Of a DNA stretch of 64,000 bases, positions 63,501 through 64,000 are shown piece after piece. Both the position numbers and the translations under genes were made by a program. Origin of the DNA: Negaprion brevirostris (taxonomy: Eukaryota). Location: the NCBI GenBank assembly GCA_030324005.1, contig JARDVH010000084.1:92988417-93052416 (forward strand). Reading direction: 5' to 3'. Below the pieces are notes generated by a model that ran no database searches, was not told the DNA's origin, and saw only the letters and a program-made list of their open reading frames with translations. Within the stretch, counting starts at the first letter, position 1. The number at the start of each line of letters is the position of its first letter.

Positions 63501-64000
63501 TGAACAAAAATCTATTTCCGAGGCATAAACGGATTAGTCCAACATTTTTTTTTTGCTGATAGATCGTTTAGAATCCTGATTCAACAACATTTTATTTAAT
63601 TGCTGTGTTTCCCCATTAATTTCAGCTGGAATTTATTAATTGCATTGTCGGATTCTAATAATCAGAATGATCACATAAGTTCGTGCAAAATGTCATACAA
63701 TCGTTTTGCAGGGAATTTATGCTCATTGCAACAAGTCAGGGATGAATCCATTGTTTCACATAAAGTGAGTTCGAGTAATGCCTGTTTTAAATCTGGCACC
63801 AAGGCTGAAAACAATCACAGAAATTTTTATTTGTTTTAGAGGATGCAAGTTGGCATCCAAAGAAAAAAATGATTCGAGATTGAAGGCATGTGGTGAAAAT
63901 GAACGTTTTTTCCACGCAAGTGAGGGAGCAATTTAATCAATCAGCTGTTATATTGATTGCAGTTAGATAAATTGATTGTAAGCTCACGTTCAGTGTTTAA

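Noticed and set aside
1-64000. CRISPR array or prokaryotic system
   Set aside because: The sequence is vertebrate; no repeat-spacer array or operon structure is seen.

Overview
This is eukaryotic, AT-rich, gapped scaffold DNA from a cartilaginous fish. The shark-type HE1/V-SINEs, SacSINE/Deu-domain SINEs, CR1 LINEs and Penelope elements point to that group; the species cannot be determined. I found no intact host gene, and the short ORFs in the track are fragments of decayed transposons. Reading across frameshifts on both strands, almost all apparently unique DNA resolves into about 19 heavily decayed relics of one DNA-transposon type. Each shows part of the colinear motif series of the Academ (AcademX-type) transposase: EAxYHxxC, (A/W)DNxD, LGxxH/GSG, RxGxWxLH/NYAR, GNPF/NIxTG, HEL/YEL, RxDxVFD, HEEADT/LHA/DTDV, HAxTGCD..GKK, LRY, LPP..H..RA and a C-terminal Cys cluster. 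Younger CR1 LINEs, Penelope elements, SINEs, an RTE fragment and a solo LTR are nested in or between them. The family assignment comes from by-eye motif matching to remembered consensus motifs, not from a database search, and element boundaries are approximate. CpG appears not to be depleted. The window looks like a dense single-superfamily transposon graveyard, possibly a piRNA-cluster-like trap.
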